A DNA stretch of 64,000 nt from Nitrospinaceae bacterium (GCA_965223665.1 OZ245011.1:832001-896000), one strand, 5' to 3'; positions 9,292 through 20,321 are shown, counted from the stretch's first letter. The notes: a model not told the origin generated them from the sequence alone. Program-made: numbers and translations.

Positions 9292-10818
9292 TTACTCAAG
9301 CCAAACTTTAACAAAACGAACGTTATCCTCCACTTCAAATAGTGTTTGAGGGATAAACCCTGTTTTTCTAACGCGATTCTGAATATCTTCTAAATTAATT
9401 CCTTGGTTACGAATAGTTTCTAATACTGGTGGGTCTATTACTTCCTCTAATTCTTCCACGACTCGACCAGGCATCGTAAGTTCAACTTTATTTCCATTAG
9501 TTTTTTTAACATATACTTTTAAGAATTTAGCAATTTGTTTAAATGTTGAATTACTCTCCCCTAGTTGAGGAAGTTCTATATTTCTGGCTTCTTCAATAAG
9601 GTCCCCGCATTGTTGATTTAGAATGAAGCCCCAAGACAGGGATATGTTTAAACGATTCAATAATTGAGTGAGCCCGTGCAATACCCGCATTAAAAAAATT
9701 AATTCTGGAGGGGCTGCAGACCTAAACCACCATTTTAATTCTCCAACAACTCCCTCAAACCTTTCACTTATTTTCCAATCCCTTGTGTTGTAAGGAGATT
9801 GTAAAATAAATGGATCAAATAAAATTTGTAACAGAGCAGGCAAAACAGGACGCAAATCTCGAAGTTTGTTAATATCAAAACCAAGTAGTGCCAAGCAAGC
9901 CGCTGGATCAATATTATCCCGATTTTGGATACCCGAGATTATTCTAAGTATTCCTAATCTCACCTTATCAGAAACCTGCAACACACTCCCAAAATCATAA
10001 ATAATGACTTTTGGAAGTTCACCTCTTTGAAAAGCAAAATTATTTGGGTTGGGATCACAATGGACAAACCCATGGCGAAACAGCATATGAAAATAGTGAT
10101 TTAAAAGTGCACGCCCAATTCCCTTTCGTTCTACTTCATCAAGCTTTTCTACTTGATCCAAAGATATACCTTTTACAAAAGATTGGACCAAAACCGTTCT
10201 ACGCCCATATTCAAGAAAAACCTCTGGAATGATTATATTCTCCAAAGGTGAACAAAGATTAAAATACTTATTTTGTTGTTGTGCCTCATTCAAGTAATCT
10301 AATTCTTGGGTAAAATTACTATGAAAGGATTCTCTATATCCCTCCAAATTGAAACCCCACTTTGAAACCGGGCCAACTTTGGGCAACCATCCCAAAAGTT
10401 TTAATTCTGTTTCAACAGATTTTCCAATTAAAGGATATTGAACCTTCACCGCAACCTTTTGACCTGATTTTAGTTTTGCAAAATGGACTTGTCCCAATGA
10501 AGCCGGGCAACCTTTTTTTTCAAACGAATTAAACAATGAGTCAATTGATTTATGGTAGGCTTTTTCAATTTGCTCGGCCACCTCTTCATAACTCATTACA
10601 GGGGTAGCCTTTGTCAAGGTTTCATTCAATAATGGATCCTGGCTTTCCAAAGATAAAAATTGACCAACCTTGGTAGGTAAACCGCGGGACTTACCTAAAA
10701 TTTCCATTAGGTACTGTTGAGCTCGGTTTTTTGTTTCCTGGTCCGTACTTCGACGAATTTTCCTTACGGCTTTTCCAATTTTAAAAAGTTGACGTCCTTT
10801 TTTTAAAATTTCTTTCAC
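9292..10818 (-). CDS. ABC1/UbiB (AarF) family atypical kinase with an extra C-terminal domain
   Basis: KVGQFLS (KxGQ), ASLGQVH, VAVKVQYP, ELDYLNEA, HCDPNPNN, YDFG; ATGA overlap with the upstream peptidase. Confidence 0.9.
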   Translation of the reverse strand: MKEILKKGRQLFKIGKAVRKIRRSTDQETKNRAQQYLMEILGKSRGLPTKVGQFLSLESQDPLLNETLTKATPVMSYEEVAEQIEKAYHKSIDSLFNSFEKKGCPASLGQVHFAKLKSGQKVAVKVQYPLIGKSVETELKLLGWLPKVGPVSKWGFNLEGYRESFHSNFTQELDYLNEAQQQNKYFNLCSPLENIIIPEVFLEYGRRTVLVQSFVKGISLDQVEKLDEVERKGIGRALLNHYFHMLFRHGFVHCDPNPNNFAFQRGELPKVIIYDFGSVLQVSDKVRLGILRIISGIQNRDNIDPAACLALLGFDINKLRDLRPVLPALLQILFDPFILQSPYNTRDWKISERFEGVVGELKWWFRSAAPPELIFLMRVLHGLTQLLNRLNISLSWGFILNQQCGDLIEEARNIELPQLGESNSTFKQIAKFLKVYVKKTNGNKVELTMPGRVVEELEEVIDPPVLETIRNQGINLEDIQNRVRKTGFIPQTLFEVEDNVRFVKVWLE

Positions 10819-13640
10819 GAATCTTTTCCAATTTCCACTCCCGCTTGACGACGATGTCTTTTATTTTTAATAGGACCCAGGGTAGTTGCAACTCCTTCAG
10901 GAACTGCGTCACTATTACTTCTTGATCTCATCAAAAGAACCACTCTTGACGTTAGATTATCTTGAAATATTCTTTTTCCAGCTTTAACTACATCTTCTTT
11001 TTTAATATTCTTCACAACATCGATTAATTTCTTTTTATAGTTGAAATCCCCTTCTTCTTCTGTGGCAAGAAAATAAAGTTCAGCAGAAACTTCCGCAATA
11101 CTGTCTCCTTTTTTATTAAGAGAAACTAGAAGACTCTTCCTGTGTTTTTCAAATTCTTCGTCTGAAAGACTATCAAACAATTGATGCGATTGGCTCATCC
11201 ATTCTTCTATTCTTTTTTTTAATTCAAAGGGACCATAAGTAGCAGACTGAATAATTAGTTTAAAAAATAATCTATCTTCTACACGATTTTGAAAACTCCA
11301 TACAATATATCCTAATTGCTGATTAGTACGCATTTGAGTATAAAAATCTCCCTCCACGATTGAGGCAGCAAGAGAAGCCAAGGCAACATTTTTTAGATCT
11401 TTACTTCCAATTTGAAGCCCATAGTAAACAGCATTATTATTGTCTAAAATTTTCTTAGAAAATAAAATCTTTTCTCCAGGCTCTAACACTTCAACTAATT
11501 CCTGATATCTATCCTTTTCCGGCAAAGGTTCGCTTTGAATTGCGTCCAAAAGGATTTTCAAGCTTTCTCGAGCTTTATCAGCTGTCCAATTTCCATGGAC
11601 CAATCCAGAAATATAAACTCTATCGTATAGGTGCTGTGCGTACATTTTTATATCTTCAAGAGTTACTTGCTCTAAAGCTCCCAGAAGTTCTTCCTCGGTA
11701 TATTGTTTTATCATCCAAATTTGACGACTAAAATAAGCAGCTCGCGAATAAGCCTGACCGAGCTTTCTATTCCTTAAACCACGAACCATGGCTTCTTTAA
11801 TATCCTTAAATTTTTGTTCAGAGATTTCAACTGTCTTTAAATTTTTGGCTACTAAGGAAATTAAATCTGTTACTCGTTGAGAATAACCACCCACCGAAAA
11901 TACCATTCCTTTTTTCTCTATTCCCAGGCCGTAGGATAATCCTGCTAAAGAAATAGGATAAGTAATCTCATTAAGTGATTCATGAAGAGCAGCATCATAC
12001 AGTTTAGATCGCGCTAAATTGTCAACGGTGTCATAGACATGAGGAGTTTCAATTCTGTATTTAATAAAGACTTTGGGTTGTTTAAATTTATTGTCAAATT
12101 GGTACCAAACTTTAGAAATCTTATTATCTTGGATTAAAATTGGTTTTTGTTCTATTAGGGCTAAATTATCCGGGATAAAATCATTTTTATTTGGATAAGT
12201 AAAACCATTAAAGGAAGAAGGCGAAGCCAACTTTTGAAATTGAACTCCCCCAACTTCTTTTAAGGAATATTCCGCACCATAATAGGGATCAGTTTGATCC
12301 GTTTCCAAATTTTTGGAACTTAATACTGCAAGCATATTTTCCGGAGTTAAAGTTTCTAATATTGCAGAATAGGCCTCTGGTTCAAATTTCTTATATAAAT
12401 AAGGAAGTGTTTCCACATCCTTTAATAAATATTTATGCATTAGAGAAGCCTTAGAAGAAACATAACCCATACCTTCTTGAGGACTTTTCCAATCAAAATC
12501 TATTTGCGCCATCACCTGGTTTTCTTTGAAGGTGTAAGGTTGAATACCTGTCTTTTTGATCATTTGAATATAAGCAAATACAATTTCCATAATTCTTTCA
12601 TAATTTTGCAGACCCCTTTGGGTCAAATTTATCGAAATAGTAAAAGAATTAATATTGGGATGACTATATCCACCACCGGCCGATAATCCTAATGCAAGAC
12701 CTTCCTCCTTCAATTTTGATAACAGGGAACCATTTCCTTCATAACCTAATACTGAACCAACAATAGATGCCGGTTTACTTTTCAAATGATTATGCAAATG
12801 AATGGTGGGAAAATTTAAAGTTAAAGAACGAATATCTTTAATCGTTTTTATTTTTAGTAAACGGTACTTATCTTTTAAAGGTTTGCGGTAATCAGAACTG
12901 ATAGGATCTTTTTTGACGGGAAAATCTTGGATGGGGCTAAAATATGTTTTTGCCAATTTCTCCAATTGATCCAATGACAATTTGGACAAAATAGCTAACC
13001 GCATATTGGAAGCAGCATAATAGCGTTTATGGAATTCTAATAATGCAGGTCTATTGTCACCAGATAAAGTTTTTTTATTACCAATATTAAATTTTTTAAT
13101 TGGATGCCCTTCTTCAGAAACCTGGTCTGTAATAAAATTTGACCTCCATCCGTCCTGCATTCTATTCTTATCAAATTCACTGCTTACAGCATTTACTTCT
13201 CTTTCTGCATAATCTTTATCAAATAATGGTGCACGAAAGAAATCACTAAACCTTTGAATTGCCCCTTCAAATCCATCATGACTCACTTGAAAAAAATAAT
13301 TAGTGATATCATCTGCTGTATAAGCATTACTTGCCCCAGAATTGGCATTTAAAAATTCCTTAAAAGACCCCACCTTCGGAAACTTTTCAGTCCCTAAAAA
13401 AAGCATATGTTCTAAATAATGTGCCAACCCTAATTTATCTTTAGGATCATAAAGACTTCCAACACCTACAGCCACTGCTGCAGCACTTCGATCTACTTCC
13501 GGGTCATGCATAAGTAATACTTGCATCCCATTATCCAAAGTGAGTGTTCGTACATCTCTTTTAAATGCAAAAACAGACGAGGATTGAAATATCAGGATAA
13601 ATATTAAAAAGATGCAGCACAGCAAACATCGGTTACGCAC
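10815..13640 (-). CDS. Periplasmic M16A metallopeptidase (pitrilysin/insulinase family)
   Basis: Signal peptide, LGLAHYLEHMLFLGT (HxxEH), NAYT, REVNAVSSEF, MRTNQQLGYIV; GTG start with GGAGG RBS. Confidence 0.92.
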   Translation of the reverse strand: MRNRCLLCCIFLIFILIFQSSSVFAFKRDVRTLTLDNGMQVLLMHDPEVDRSAAAVAVGVGSLYDPKDKLGLAHYLEHMLFLGTEKFPKVGSFKEFLNANSGASNAYTADDITNYFFQVSHDGFEGAIQRFSDFFRAPLFDKDYAEREVNAVSSEFDKNRMQDGWRSNFITDQVSEEGHPIKKFNIGNKKTLSGDNRPALLEFHKRYYAASNMRLAILSKLSLDQLEKLAKTYFSPIQDFPVKKDPISSDYRKPLKDKYRLLKIKTIKDIRSLTLNFPTIHLHNHLKSKPASIVGSVLGYEGNGSLLSKLKEEGLALGLSAGGGYSHPNINSFTISINLTQRGLQNYERIMEIVFAYIQMIKKTGIQPYTFKENQVMAQIDFDWKSPQEGMGYVSSKASLMHKYLLKDVETLPYLYKKFEPEAYSAILETLTPENMLAVLSSKNLETDQTDPYYGAEYSLKEVGGVQFQKLASPSSFNGFTYPNKNDFIPDNLALIEQKPILIQDNKISKVWYQFDNKFKQPKVFIKYRIETPHVYDTVDNLARSKLYDAALHESLNEITYPISLAGLSYGLGIEKKGMVFSVGGYSQRVTDLISLVAKNLKTVEISEQKFKDIKEAMVRGLRNRKLGQAYSRAAYFSRQIWMIKQYTEEELLGALEQVTLEDIKMYAQHLYDRVYISGLVHGNWTADKARESLKILLDAIQSEPLPEKDRYQELVEVLEPGEKILFSKKILDNNNAVYYGLQIGSKDLKNVALASLAASIVEGDFYTQMRTNQQLGYIVWSFQNRVEDRLFFKLIIQSATYGPFELKKRIEEWMSQSHQLFDSLSDEEFEKHRKSLLVSLNKKGDSIAEVSAELYFLATEEEGDFNYKKKLIDVVKNIKKEDVVKAGKRIFQDNLTSRVVLLMRSRSNSDAVPEGVATTLGPIKNKRHRRQAGVEIGKDS

Positions 13641-13780
13641 AAAACACCTCCAAAAAATCTTAAAAGGGGAGAAAATTAAAACTATTTTTACGTTGTATAA
13701 ATTAGGAAAACAAGCAATAAATCTAATTAATATTATACAGAGCTTAAAAAATATAAGAATTAAAAGTTTTTAATTTTGGC

Positions 13781-14683
13781 CTAGTTAGGGTCCCATGCCA
13801 TTAATCCAACCCCTAATACAGTCAAAAAACCAGCTAAAATTCGTTTCTTTCCAAAAGGTTCTCTTAAGCGAAGGACCCCCCAAAGAACAACCATAATAAC
13901 GCTGGTTTGCCGAACTGCTACCACCTGACCTACCGGTTCAAATTGGAGAACAACACAAATCAAACCATAAGAACCTAAAGTTGCTAAACCTGCTATGATT
14001 CCCTTTTTCCAATCAAGTTTCCATTCTGACAAAATTTCGTTTTTAGGGTATCGAGCGAATAAATATACATTACATAGAGTAAACCCAATGAATGACTCTA
14101 AGAAAAAAAATATTATTCCATTTAAAAACTTCTGATCGGGGCTCAAATTAATAAATATTTCCATCCCGCGTTTGTCAACCAAACTATAAGAAACCACTAA
14201 TATCAACGTAATAAATGCCCACCTTAAATCCTTATGTAAAACTGCTTCACCCAAATTTTTAAACCCGCTTATTAAATGACCATCAAAATGCAATATATAG
14301 ACAGCCAATAAAATGGTAACTATGGCTAAAAAGGAAATTATGGTGAGTTGTTCACCTAAGAAAAACCAAGCAAAGGCCGGAACAAAAACTGGAGCAGATC
14401 GAGCAATGGGATACACATAGGAAATATCTTGAGATTCATAGGCCTTGGAAAGGCTCAAAATATAAATTCCATGCAATATTCCCGACCATACAACCCAAAT
14501 ATAAATTTCAGAGGGAATATGGAGATTTTTACTAAACAAAAAGAACAGCAATGCAAAGCCCATAATCCAAATACCTTTCAAACCTGAAAGAAAATTGGAT
14601 TTTCGACTCGTCTGCGTCAACACATTCCAGAGGGCATGGAAGAAACTAGAAAGCAATATTAATCCTATACTACTTAAAGACAA
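13781..14683 (-). CDS. EamA/DMT family transporter
   Basis: About 10 hydrophobic helices; HALWN, SYVYPIARSAP, YSLVDK, AVRQTSV, LREPFG motifs; TTG start. Confidence 0.88.
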   Translation of the reverse strand: MSLSSIGLILLSSFFHALWNVLTQTSRKSNFLSGLKGIWIMGFALLFFLFSKNLHIPSEIYIWVVWSGILHGIYILSLSKAYESQDISYVYPIARSAPVFVPAFAWFFLGEQLTIISFLAIVTILLAVYILHFDGHLISGFKNLGEAVLHKDLRWAFITLILVVSYSLVDKRGMEIFINLSPDQKFLNGIIFFFLESFIGFTLCNVYLFARYPKNEILSEWKLDWKKGIIAGLATLGSYGLICVVLQFEPVGQVVAVRQTSVIMVVLWGVLRLREPFGKKRILAGFLTVLGVGLMAWDPN

Positions 14684-14752
14684 TTAAATTAGTACCGATT
14701 TAAATGTTAAATGGATATAAAAAAAACAGAGAATTGATTTATAAAGCTGCTG

Positions 14753-14781
14753 AGAATAATAGTTACAGATTAAACTGTCAA
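14753..14781 (-). promoter_or_regulatory. Sigma70-type promoter for the EamA gene
   Basis: Minus strand TTGACA-17 nt-TATTCT about 70 nt upstream of the start. Confidence 0.6.
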
Positions 14782-14932
14782 TTACTCAGAAAAAACAAAA
14801 TTTTTTACTTTTCAAATTAATTTAGCAAAAGACCCCATACGTGCATTTGTTTCGAATAATGTTAAAATAATTACTAACTTTAAAAATCGAACTATTCTTT
14901 CTTAAGAATACTTAGATTGTTTCCAACAAAAA

Positions 14933-17900
14933 ATGATCCAAAATCAATTCCAATTATTTCGAACTCCCCGATTTCTTCCTTTATTTATTACTCAATTTTT
15001 GGGAGCATTCAACGATAATGTTTTCAAAAATGCTTTAGTAATTTTAATCACATATGTAGCTGCTGAAAAGGCTGAGCTTAATTCTCAGTTAATGGTGACA
15101 GCCGCTGCTGGTGTTTTTATATTACCCTTTTTCCTTTTTTCAGCAACTGCCGGCCAATTAGCAGACAAACATGAAAAGGTAAGCTTAATTCGAATAATTA
15201 AGTTTATAGAAATTCTATTAATGGCCGGAGCTGTATACGGATTTTATTCTCAGAGCACTTCATTCCTACTAGTAATTCTTTTTTTAATGGGAGCACAATC
15301 CACATTCTTTGGACCTATTAAATATGGAATTCTCCCAGAAAAATTAAAAGAAGACGAGTTAATCAGTGGAAACGCTTTAATCGAGGCGGGTACTTTCGTA
15401 GCAATTTTAGTTGGAACAATTATCGGTGGACTCTTGATACTTAGCAGCTTTGGCGTTGGACTTGTTTCCTTCCTGGTTATATTTGTTGCCATTGGGGGTT
15501 GGGTAAGTAGTTTTTTTATCCCCACAGGTTTAGCTGCAGACCCTTCTCTTAAAGTCGATCATAATATCTTTAGAGAAACCTGGAAAATTGTAAATTATAC
15601 TCGAAATCATCGAGATGTATTTTTGTCTATTCTAGGAATCTCCTGGTTTTGGTTAGTCGGAGCCACTTTTCTTGCTCAATTCCCTACTTACGGAAAAGAA
15701 ATAATTGGCGGAAATGAACAGGTAGTCACACTATTTTTAACTGTTTTTACGGTTGGAATAGGAATTGGTTCATTGCTATGCAACAAATTATTGCGAGGAG
15801 AAATAGTAGCAACATATGTTCCTCTAGGAATATTAGGAATGACCCTATTTACGGTCGACCTTTATTTTGCCAGTAAATACACTTTCACATCCGCGCCTGG
15901 AGAATTAATTGGAGTATTCTCTTTCCTTTCTCATTTAACGAGTTGGAGAATATTAGGAGATCTTTTTCTGATCTCAATTTGTAGTGGAATTTATATTGTT
16001 CCTCTTTATGCCATCATGCAGGCAAGAACAGAACTTAGTCATCGGTCCAGGACTGTAGCCAGCAACAATATTTTAAACGCATTATTCATGGTGGTGTCAG
16101 CAATTGGCACTTCTATAATGTTTATAATGAATTATTCAGTCACCCAGGTATTTTTGACGGTGGCATTTCTAAATGGTTTTGTTGCAATTTATATTTGCAG
16201 ATTATTACCTACGGCTTTAATCAAAACCATTTTTCAATGGATATTTAAAACTTTTTATAAAGTAGAAATTAAAGGCTGGGAAAATTACAAAAAAGTAGAA
16301 AAAGATAAATTAGTCATCGTTGCAAATCATCTTTCATTTTTAGACCCTCCCTTAATAGCATCATTCATATCAGAAACTTTAGTTTTTGCAGTTAATACAC
16401 AAATTGCTAGAAATAAATGGTTAAAACCCTTTTTAAGAATGGCAGAAACATTCGCCTTGGACCCAACCAATCCCCTAGCAACACGAACTTTAATTGAAAA
16501 AATTAGAGACGGAAAAAAAGTAGTCATTTTTCCAGAAGGTAGAATCACTGTAACAGGGTCTCTAATGAAAGTTTATGAAGGACCAGGGATGGTTGCAGAC
16601 AAATCGGGAGCAAAAATTCTACCAATTCGGATAGATGGCGCTCAATATTCTCCTTTTTCCCGTATGAAAGGAAAAGTGCGAATTCGACTTTTTCCAAAAG
16701 TTACTATTTCATTTTTAGAGCCACAAACCTTCAAATTACCAGAAAACGTTAAAGGTAAACAACGTCGCCAAATGGCTGGATCCCAACTGTATGATTTAAT
16801 GGTTAAAATGATTTTTCAATCCAGCAAAGTAAACCAAACACTTTTCGAATCTTTAATTGAAGCAAAATCAATCCATGGTTCTCGTCATTTAATTATCGAA
16901 GATACTGACCGAAAACCCCTGTCCTATTTTCAAGTTATCCTGAAAAGCTTTGTTCTTGGCCAAATCGTTTCTAAGCTCTCTAAACCATGTGAAAATCTGG
17001 GTATTCTTCTACCAAATTCACTAGGAGTTATCATATTATTCTTTTCTATGCAGGCATTTGGTCGAGTTCCAGCCTTACTAAATTTTTCAGTAGGCAAACG
17101 AAATTTATTGTCCGCCTGTAAAACTTCGCAGCTAAAAACAGTTTTTACATCAAGGCGTTTTATTGAACTAGGAAAACTGGAGGAATTAGAAAAAACCATC
17201 ATAGAAAATGATATTCAATTGATATATTTGGAAGACCTCGCTAAGCAAATTAAAATCACTACCAAACTTATTGGATTATTAGGATCCATACTACCCAATA
17301 CATTTTATAATTTTACTGACAAAATTAAGGACCCGGGAAAACCTTCTGTCATCCTTTTTACATCAGGATCGGAAGGAGTACCAAAAGGTGTCGTTTTAAG
17401 CCATTTAAATATTCAAGCCAATCGATGCCAGGCTAGTTCAAGAGTTGACTTTGGGCCATCAGATATTGTATTTAATGCGCTACCAATCTTTCATTCCTTT
17501 GGCTTAACAGGGGGAACTTTGCTTCCTATTTTGGAAGGTGTGAAATCTTTTCACTACCCCTCCCCTCTTCACTATCGAATCATTCCGGAATTATGCTACG
17601 ACGTCGATGCCACCATTATGTTTGGAACAGATACATTTTTAAATGGTTATTCTCGTTACAGTCATCCTTATAATTTTTATAGTCTGCGTTATGTATTTGC
17701 TGGAGCTGAAAAGTTAAAAGATGAAACCAGACGAATTTGGCAAGATAAATTTGGAATTCGCATCTTAGAGGGTTATGGAGCGACTGAAACTGCCCCAATT
17801 CTATCACTTAATACCAAAATGCATTATAAAGCAGGTTCGGTTGGGAGGCTGCTACCCGATATTAATTTCAAATTACAGGAAGTTCCTGGCATTGAGGAAG

Positions 17901-18358
17901 GAGGACGTTTACTTGTTTCTGGTCCCAATATAATGCTTGGTTATTTATTACATGATAAACCAGGCCAACTAATTCCACCTGCCAATGGTTGGTATGATAC
18001 TGGAGATATCGTAGATATTGATGATGAAGGGTTTATCACTATAAAAGGCCGAGCAAAACGTTTTGCAAAAATAGGTGGAGAAATGGTTTCTTTAACTGCA
18101 GTAGAAAATAATATTTCAAAATTGTGGCCCGATTCGCCGCATGCAGTTGTAAGTATCCCCGATGAAAAAAAAGGCGAACAATTAGTTTTGGTAACAGAAT
18201 ATAAAGAGGCCACTCGGGAATCTATTATTGCTCACACTCAAGAAAACGGATTAGGAGAATTAAATATCCCCAAAAAAATTATGATAGTAGATAAACTTCC
18301 TGTTCTTACAACTGGAAAAACAGATTACGTTTCAATCCAAGAGATGGTAGTAAATTAA
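14933..18358 (+). CDS. aas: LplT-like MFS / 2-acyl-GPE acyltransferase / acyl-ACP synthetase fusion (Aas-type)
   Basis: N-terminal MFS (TQFLGAFNDN), NHLSFLD and FPEGR acyltransferase motifs, FTSGSEGVPKG, EGYGATE and YDTGD AMP-binding motifs. Confidence 0.92.
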   Translation: MIQNQFQLFRTPRFLPLFITQFLGAFNDNVFKNALVILITYVAAEKAELNSQLMVTAAAGVFILPFFLFSATAGQLADKHEKVSLIRIIKFIEILLMAGAVYGFYSQSTSFLLVILFLMGAQSTFFGPIKYGILPEKLKEDELISGNALIEAGTFVAILVGTIIGGLLILSSFGVGLVSFLVIFVAIGGWVSSFFIPTGLAADPSLKVDHNIFRETWKIVNYTRNHRDVFLSILGISWFWLVGATFLAQFPTYGKEIIGGNEQVVTLFLTVFTVGIGIGSLLCNKLLRGEIVATYVPLGILGMTLFTVDLYFASKYTFTSAPGELIGVFSFLSHLTSWRILGDLFLISICSGIYIVPLYAIMQARTELSHRSRTVASNNILNALFMVVSAIGTSIMFIMNYSVTQVFLTVAFLNGFVAIYICRLLPTALIKTIFQWIFKTFYKVEIKGWENYKKVEKDKLVIVANHLSFLDPPLIASFISETLVFAVNTQIARNKWLKPFLRMAETFALDPTNPLATRTLIEKIRDGKKVVIFPEGRITVTGSLMKVYEGPGMVADKSGAKILPIRIDGAQYSPFSRMKGKVRIRLFPKVTISFLEPQTFKLPENVKGKQRRQMAGSQLYDLMVKMIFQSSKVNQTLFESLIEAKSIHGSRHLIIEDTDRKPLSYFQVILKSFVLGQIVSKLSKPCENLGILLPNSLGVIILFFSMQAFGRVPALLNFSVGKRNLLSACKTSQLKTVFTSRRFIELGKLEELEKTIIENDIQLIYLEDLAKQIKITTKLIGLLGSILPNTFYNFTDKIKDPGKPSVILFTSGSEGVPKGVVLSHLNIQANRCQASSRVDFGPSDIVFNALPIFHSFGLTGGTLLPILEGVKSFHYPSPLHYRIIPELCYDVDATIMFGTDTFLNGYSRYSHPYNFYSLRYVFAGAEKLKDETRRIWQDKFGIRILEGYGATETAPILSLNTKMHYKAGSVGRLLPDINFKLQEVPGIEEGGRLLVSGPNIMLGYLLHDKPGQLIPPANGWYDTGDIVDIDDEGFITIKGRAKRFAKIGGEMVSLTAVENNISKLWPDSPHAVVSIPDEKKGEQLVLVTEYKEATRESIIAHTQENGLGELNIPKKIMIVDKLPVLTTGKTDYVSIQEMVVN

Positions 18359-18373
18359 TTTAATAGGAACTAT

Positions 18374-19156
18374 TTAGGGGGTTCGTTGAATTATACGACG
18401 GTGAGATATGTAGCGAATCAAACTCCAGGTAGCCGCCGCAGAAAATAAGTGTTTTAGTGTATGTCCGCTTATTATCCCTTGAGTCCAAGAAAAAACTTCC
18501 TTATCAAATGCTTCAAAAACTTTAGCAATCACATATAAAATCAACATTTCGATCACAAATCGGACTCCTGAGTATTTAGGGGGAAATAATATTAGTAATA
18601 ACGGAATTCCAATCATTGGATAAAAAATAACAAAACCATAGAGCCTTAAATCTCCTTCAAAGTTTTTCTCAGTAAAGGCCCAATACCAAACACTAATTAT
18701 TGCCAAAACAACTAAGGGCCATAACAAACGTTTACCAGCATTAACATCGATCCTTTCGGAAATCATCGTACAGAATATTCCCATAAAACCAACGGCAATA
18801 GGTAAGCGATCCCATATTAACGTTTCATTGGTAGGATGATTATGATAATAAGCAGATCCGGGACCCACAAGAGCAATTCCCAGAAATGTCACAACCCATG
18901 AGGAAATTTCTGCTGAGGATTCTATAATTTTTGGATCACTGGAATATCGCCAAATAAGAATCAGTCCCCACAACCCAATGATCAAAAAGGGGAGATTTGA
19001 TAAAACATCCCCAAAATGTGGAATACCCAAAAGTAGCCTTTGGTCAGCAAATTGATGATATTTCAAATCTTGTGGAATGGGTTTTACCAAAAACGCAGTT
19101 ATCAATCCCAATAAGGCTGTACCCAATAAAATATAAACTTTCGTATTTCTAGACAT
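18374..19156 (-). CDS. Alkaline ceramidase-like (CREST superfamily) membrane hydrolase
   Basis: YHQFAD, SNLPF, GSAYYH (SxxxH), WDRLP, SGHTLKH (HxxxH); 7 TM helices. Confidence 0.8.
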   Translation of the reverse strand: MSRNTKVYILLGTALLGLITAFLVKPIPQDLKYHQFADQRLLLGIPHFGDVLSNLPFLIIGLWGLILIWRYSSDPKIIESSAEISSWVVTFLGIALVGPGSAYYHNHPTNETLIWDRLPIAVGFMGIFCTMISERIDVNAGKRLLWPLVVLAIISVWYWAFTEKNFEGDLRLYGFVIFYPMIGIPLLLILFPPKYSGVRFVIEMLILYVIAKVFEAFDKEVFSWTQGIISGHTLKHLFSAAATWSLIRYISHRRIIQRTP

Positions 19157-19158
19157 AA

Positions 19159-19812
19159 CTAGCGCTTAAAGGTTCCGAATTTCAAAAAATGAGCAGTTTG
19201 AAATAATGCCTGGGAATTGTAAATAATAAACGTATGGGTGGCCGGAATAACAATATGATCAGTCACACCTTTTAACTGAGTACTTTTGACGGAAACTTTT
19301 CCATCATCAGGTCCATTAATGATATAGGATGAAATAGGATCTAAAGTATTGTTTCCTGCAATCACCCCTAATTCAAAATCAACGCTTCCAAGCATTCCCG
19401 AAAAACCATCTGGATGCACTCCCAGTTGCTGTCCAGCAGGGCCGAAAATCCATTTAAACAAAAAAAAGTTTTTTAAAAAGTCGGCAACTTCACTTCCATG
19501 GTTTGGAGGTGCAACTTGAACCACACGACCTAAATTAAAGGGTCTATATTTTTTTAGATAACCACGGATCAAAAGGCCTCCCATCGAGTAACCTACGAAA
19601 TGAATACTTCTTGTTTTATCTGTATTAAAGTTGGAAATTGGTTCGTGTATTTTTTCGACTAATTCCTGGATTTTATATTTAGTTGAAGCATAACCTTGGT
19701 TTAGAACCTGATAACCTTCCGATTTAAGCATTTTTTCAAATCGAGACATTGATCGGTGAGTCCGAGCAATTCCATGCAAAATTACCACATAATCATTTTT
19801 ATTTTTCTTCAA
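19159..19812 (-). CDS. Alpha/beta hydrolase (lipase/esterase-like)
   Basis: VVILHG, GYSMGG nucleophile, PPNHGSE, DDGKV, H in PATHTF; TTG start. Confidence 0.85.
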   Translation of the reverse strand: MKKNKNDYVVILHGIARTHRSMSRFEKMLKSEGYQVLNQGYASTKYKIQELVEKIHEPISNFNTDKTRSIHFVGYSMGGLLIRGYLKKYRPFNLGRVVQVAPPNHGSEVADFLKNFFLFKWIFGPAGQQLGVHPDGFSGMLGSVDFELGVIAGNNTLDPISSYIINGPDDGKVSVKSTQLKGVTDHIVIPATHTFIIYNSQALFQTAHFLKFGTFKR

Positions 19813-19892
19813 GGTTGACCTTCTAAAAATAAAAAAACATAATTACTATTTAAATTTGTGAAATAAAAAGAACAAATCTATTTGCCAAACTC

Positions 19893-20291
19893 ATGAGTAC
19901 TGATCCCCATAATTATTTTTCAAATAACATTGCGTTCATAAGCTACCCAACTACCAATTTAAAGGTGACTACAGAATTTTATCAAAATTTTTTCGGATTA
20001 CAGCCCCTTCTTGAAACAGAGGATTGGGTTGAATTCAAAGTTGGCAACCAAAGGCTCGCGTTTAACAAAGCGGATCATCCTCCTAAATATATCCCTCAAA
20101 AGGGAGCAATAGTTTGGCTAGAAACATCTTCTATTGAAGAAACTGTGAAAGCCTTAAAAATCAAAGGGATAAATATTATTCAGCCCATTAAATCCTATCC
20201 TTATGGGAAAATGGCCCAGTTCGAGGACCCTACAGCAAATATTTTTGGACTTTATCAATCAACTTCTAAAAAAAATAACCCTAAAGTTTAA
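19893..20291 (+). CDS. VOC/glyoxalase family protein
   Basis: FYQNFFGL and PYGKMAQFEDPTANIFGLYQ, typical of the VOC fold. Confidence 0.8.
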   Translation: MSTDPHNYFSNNIAFISYPTTNLKVTTEFYQNFFGLQPLLETEDWVEFKVGNQRLAFNKADHPPKYIPQKGAIVWLETSSIEETVKALKIKGINIIQPIKSYPYGKMAQFEDPTANIFGLYQSTSKKNNPKV

Positions 20292-20321
20292 AGGCATATA
20301 TTTTTATAGTAAGATAGTGGA

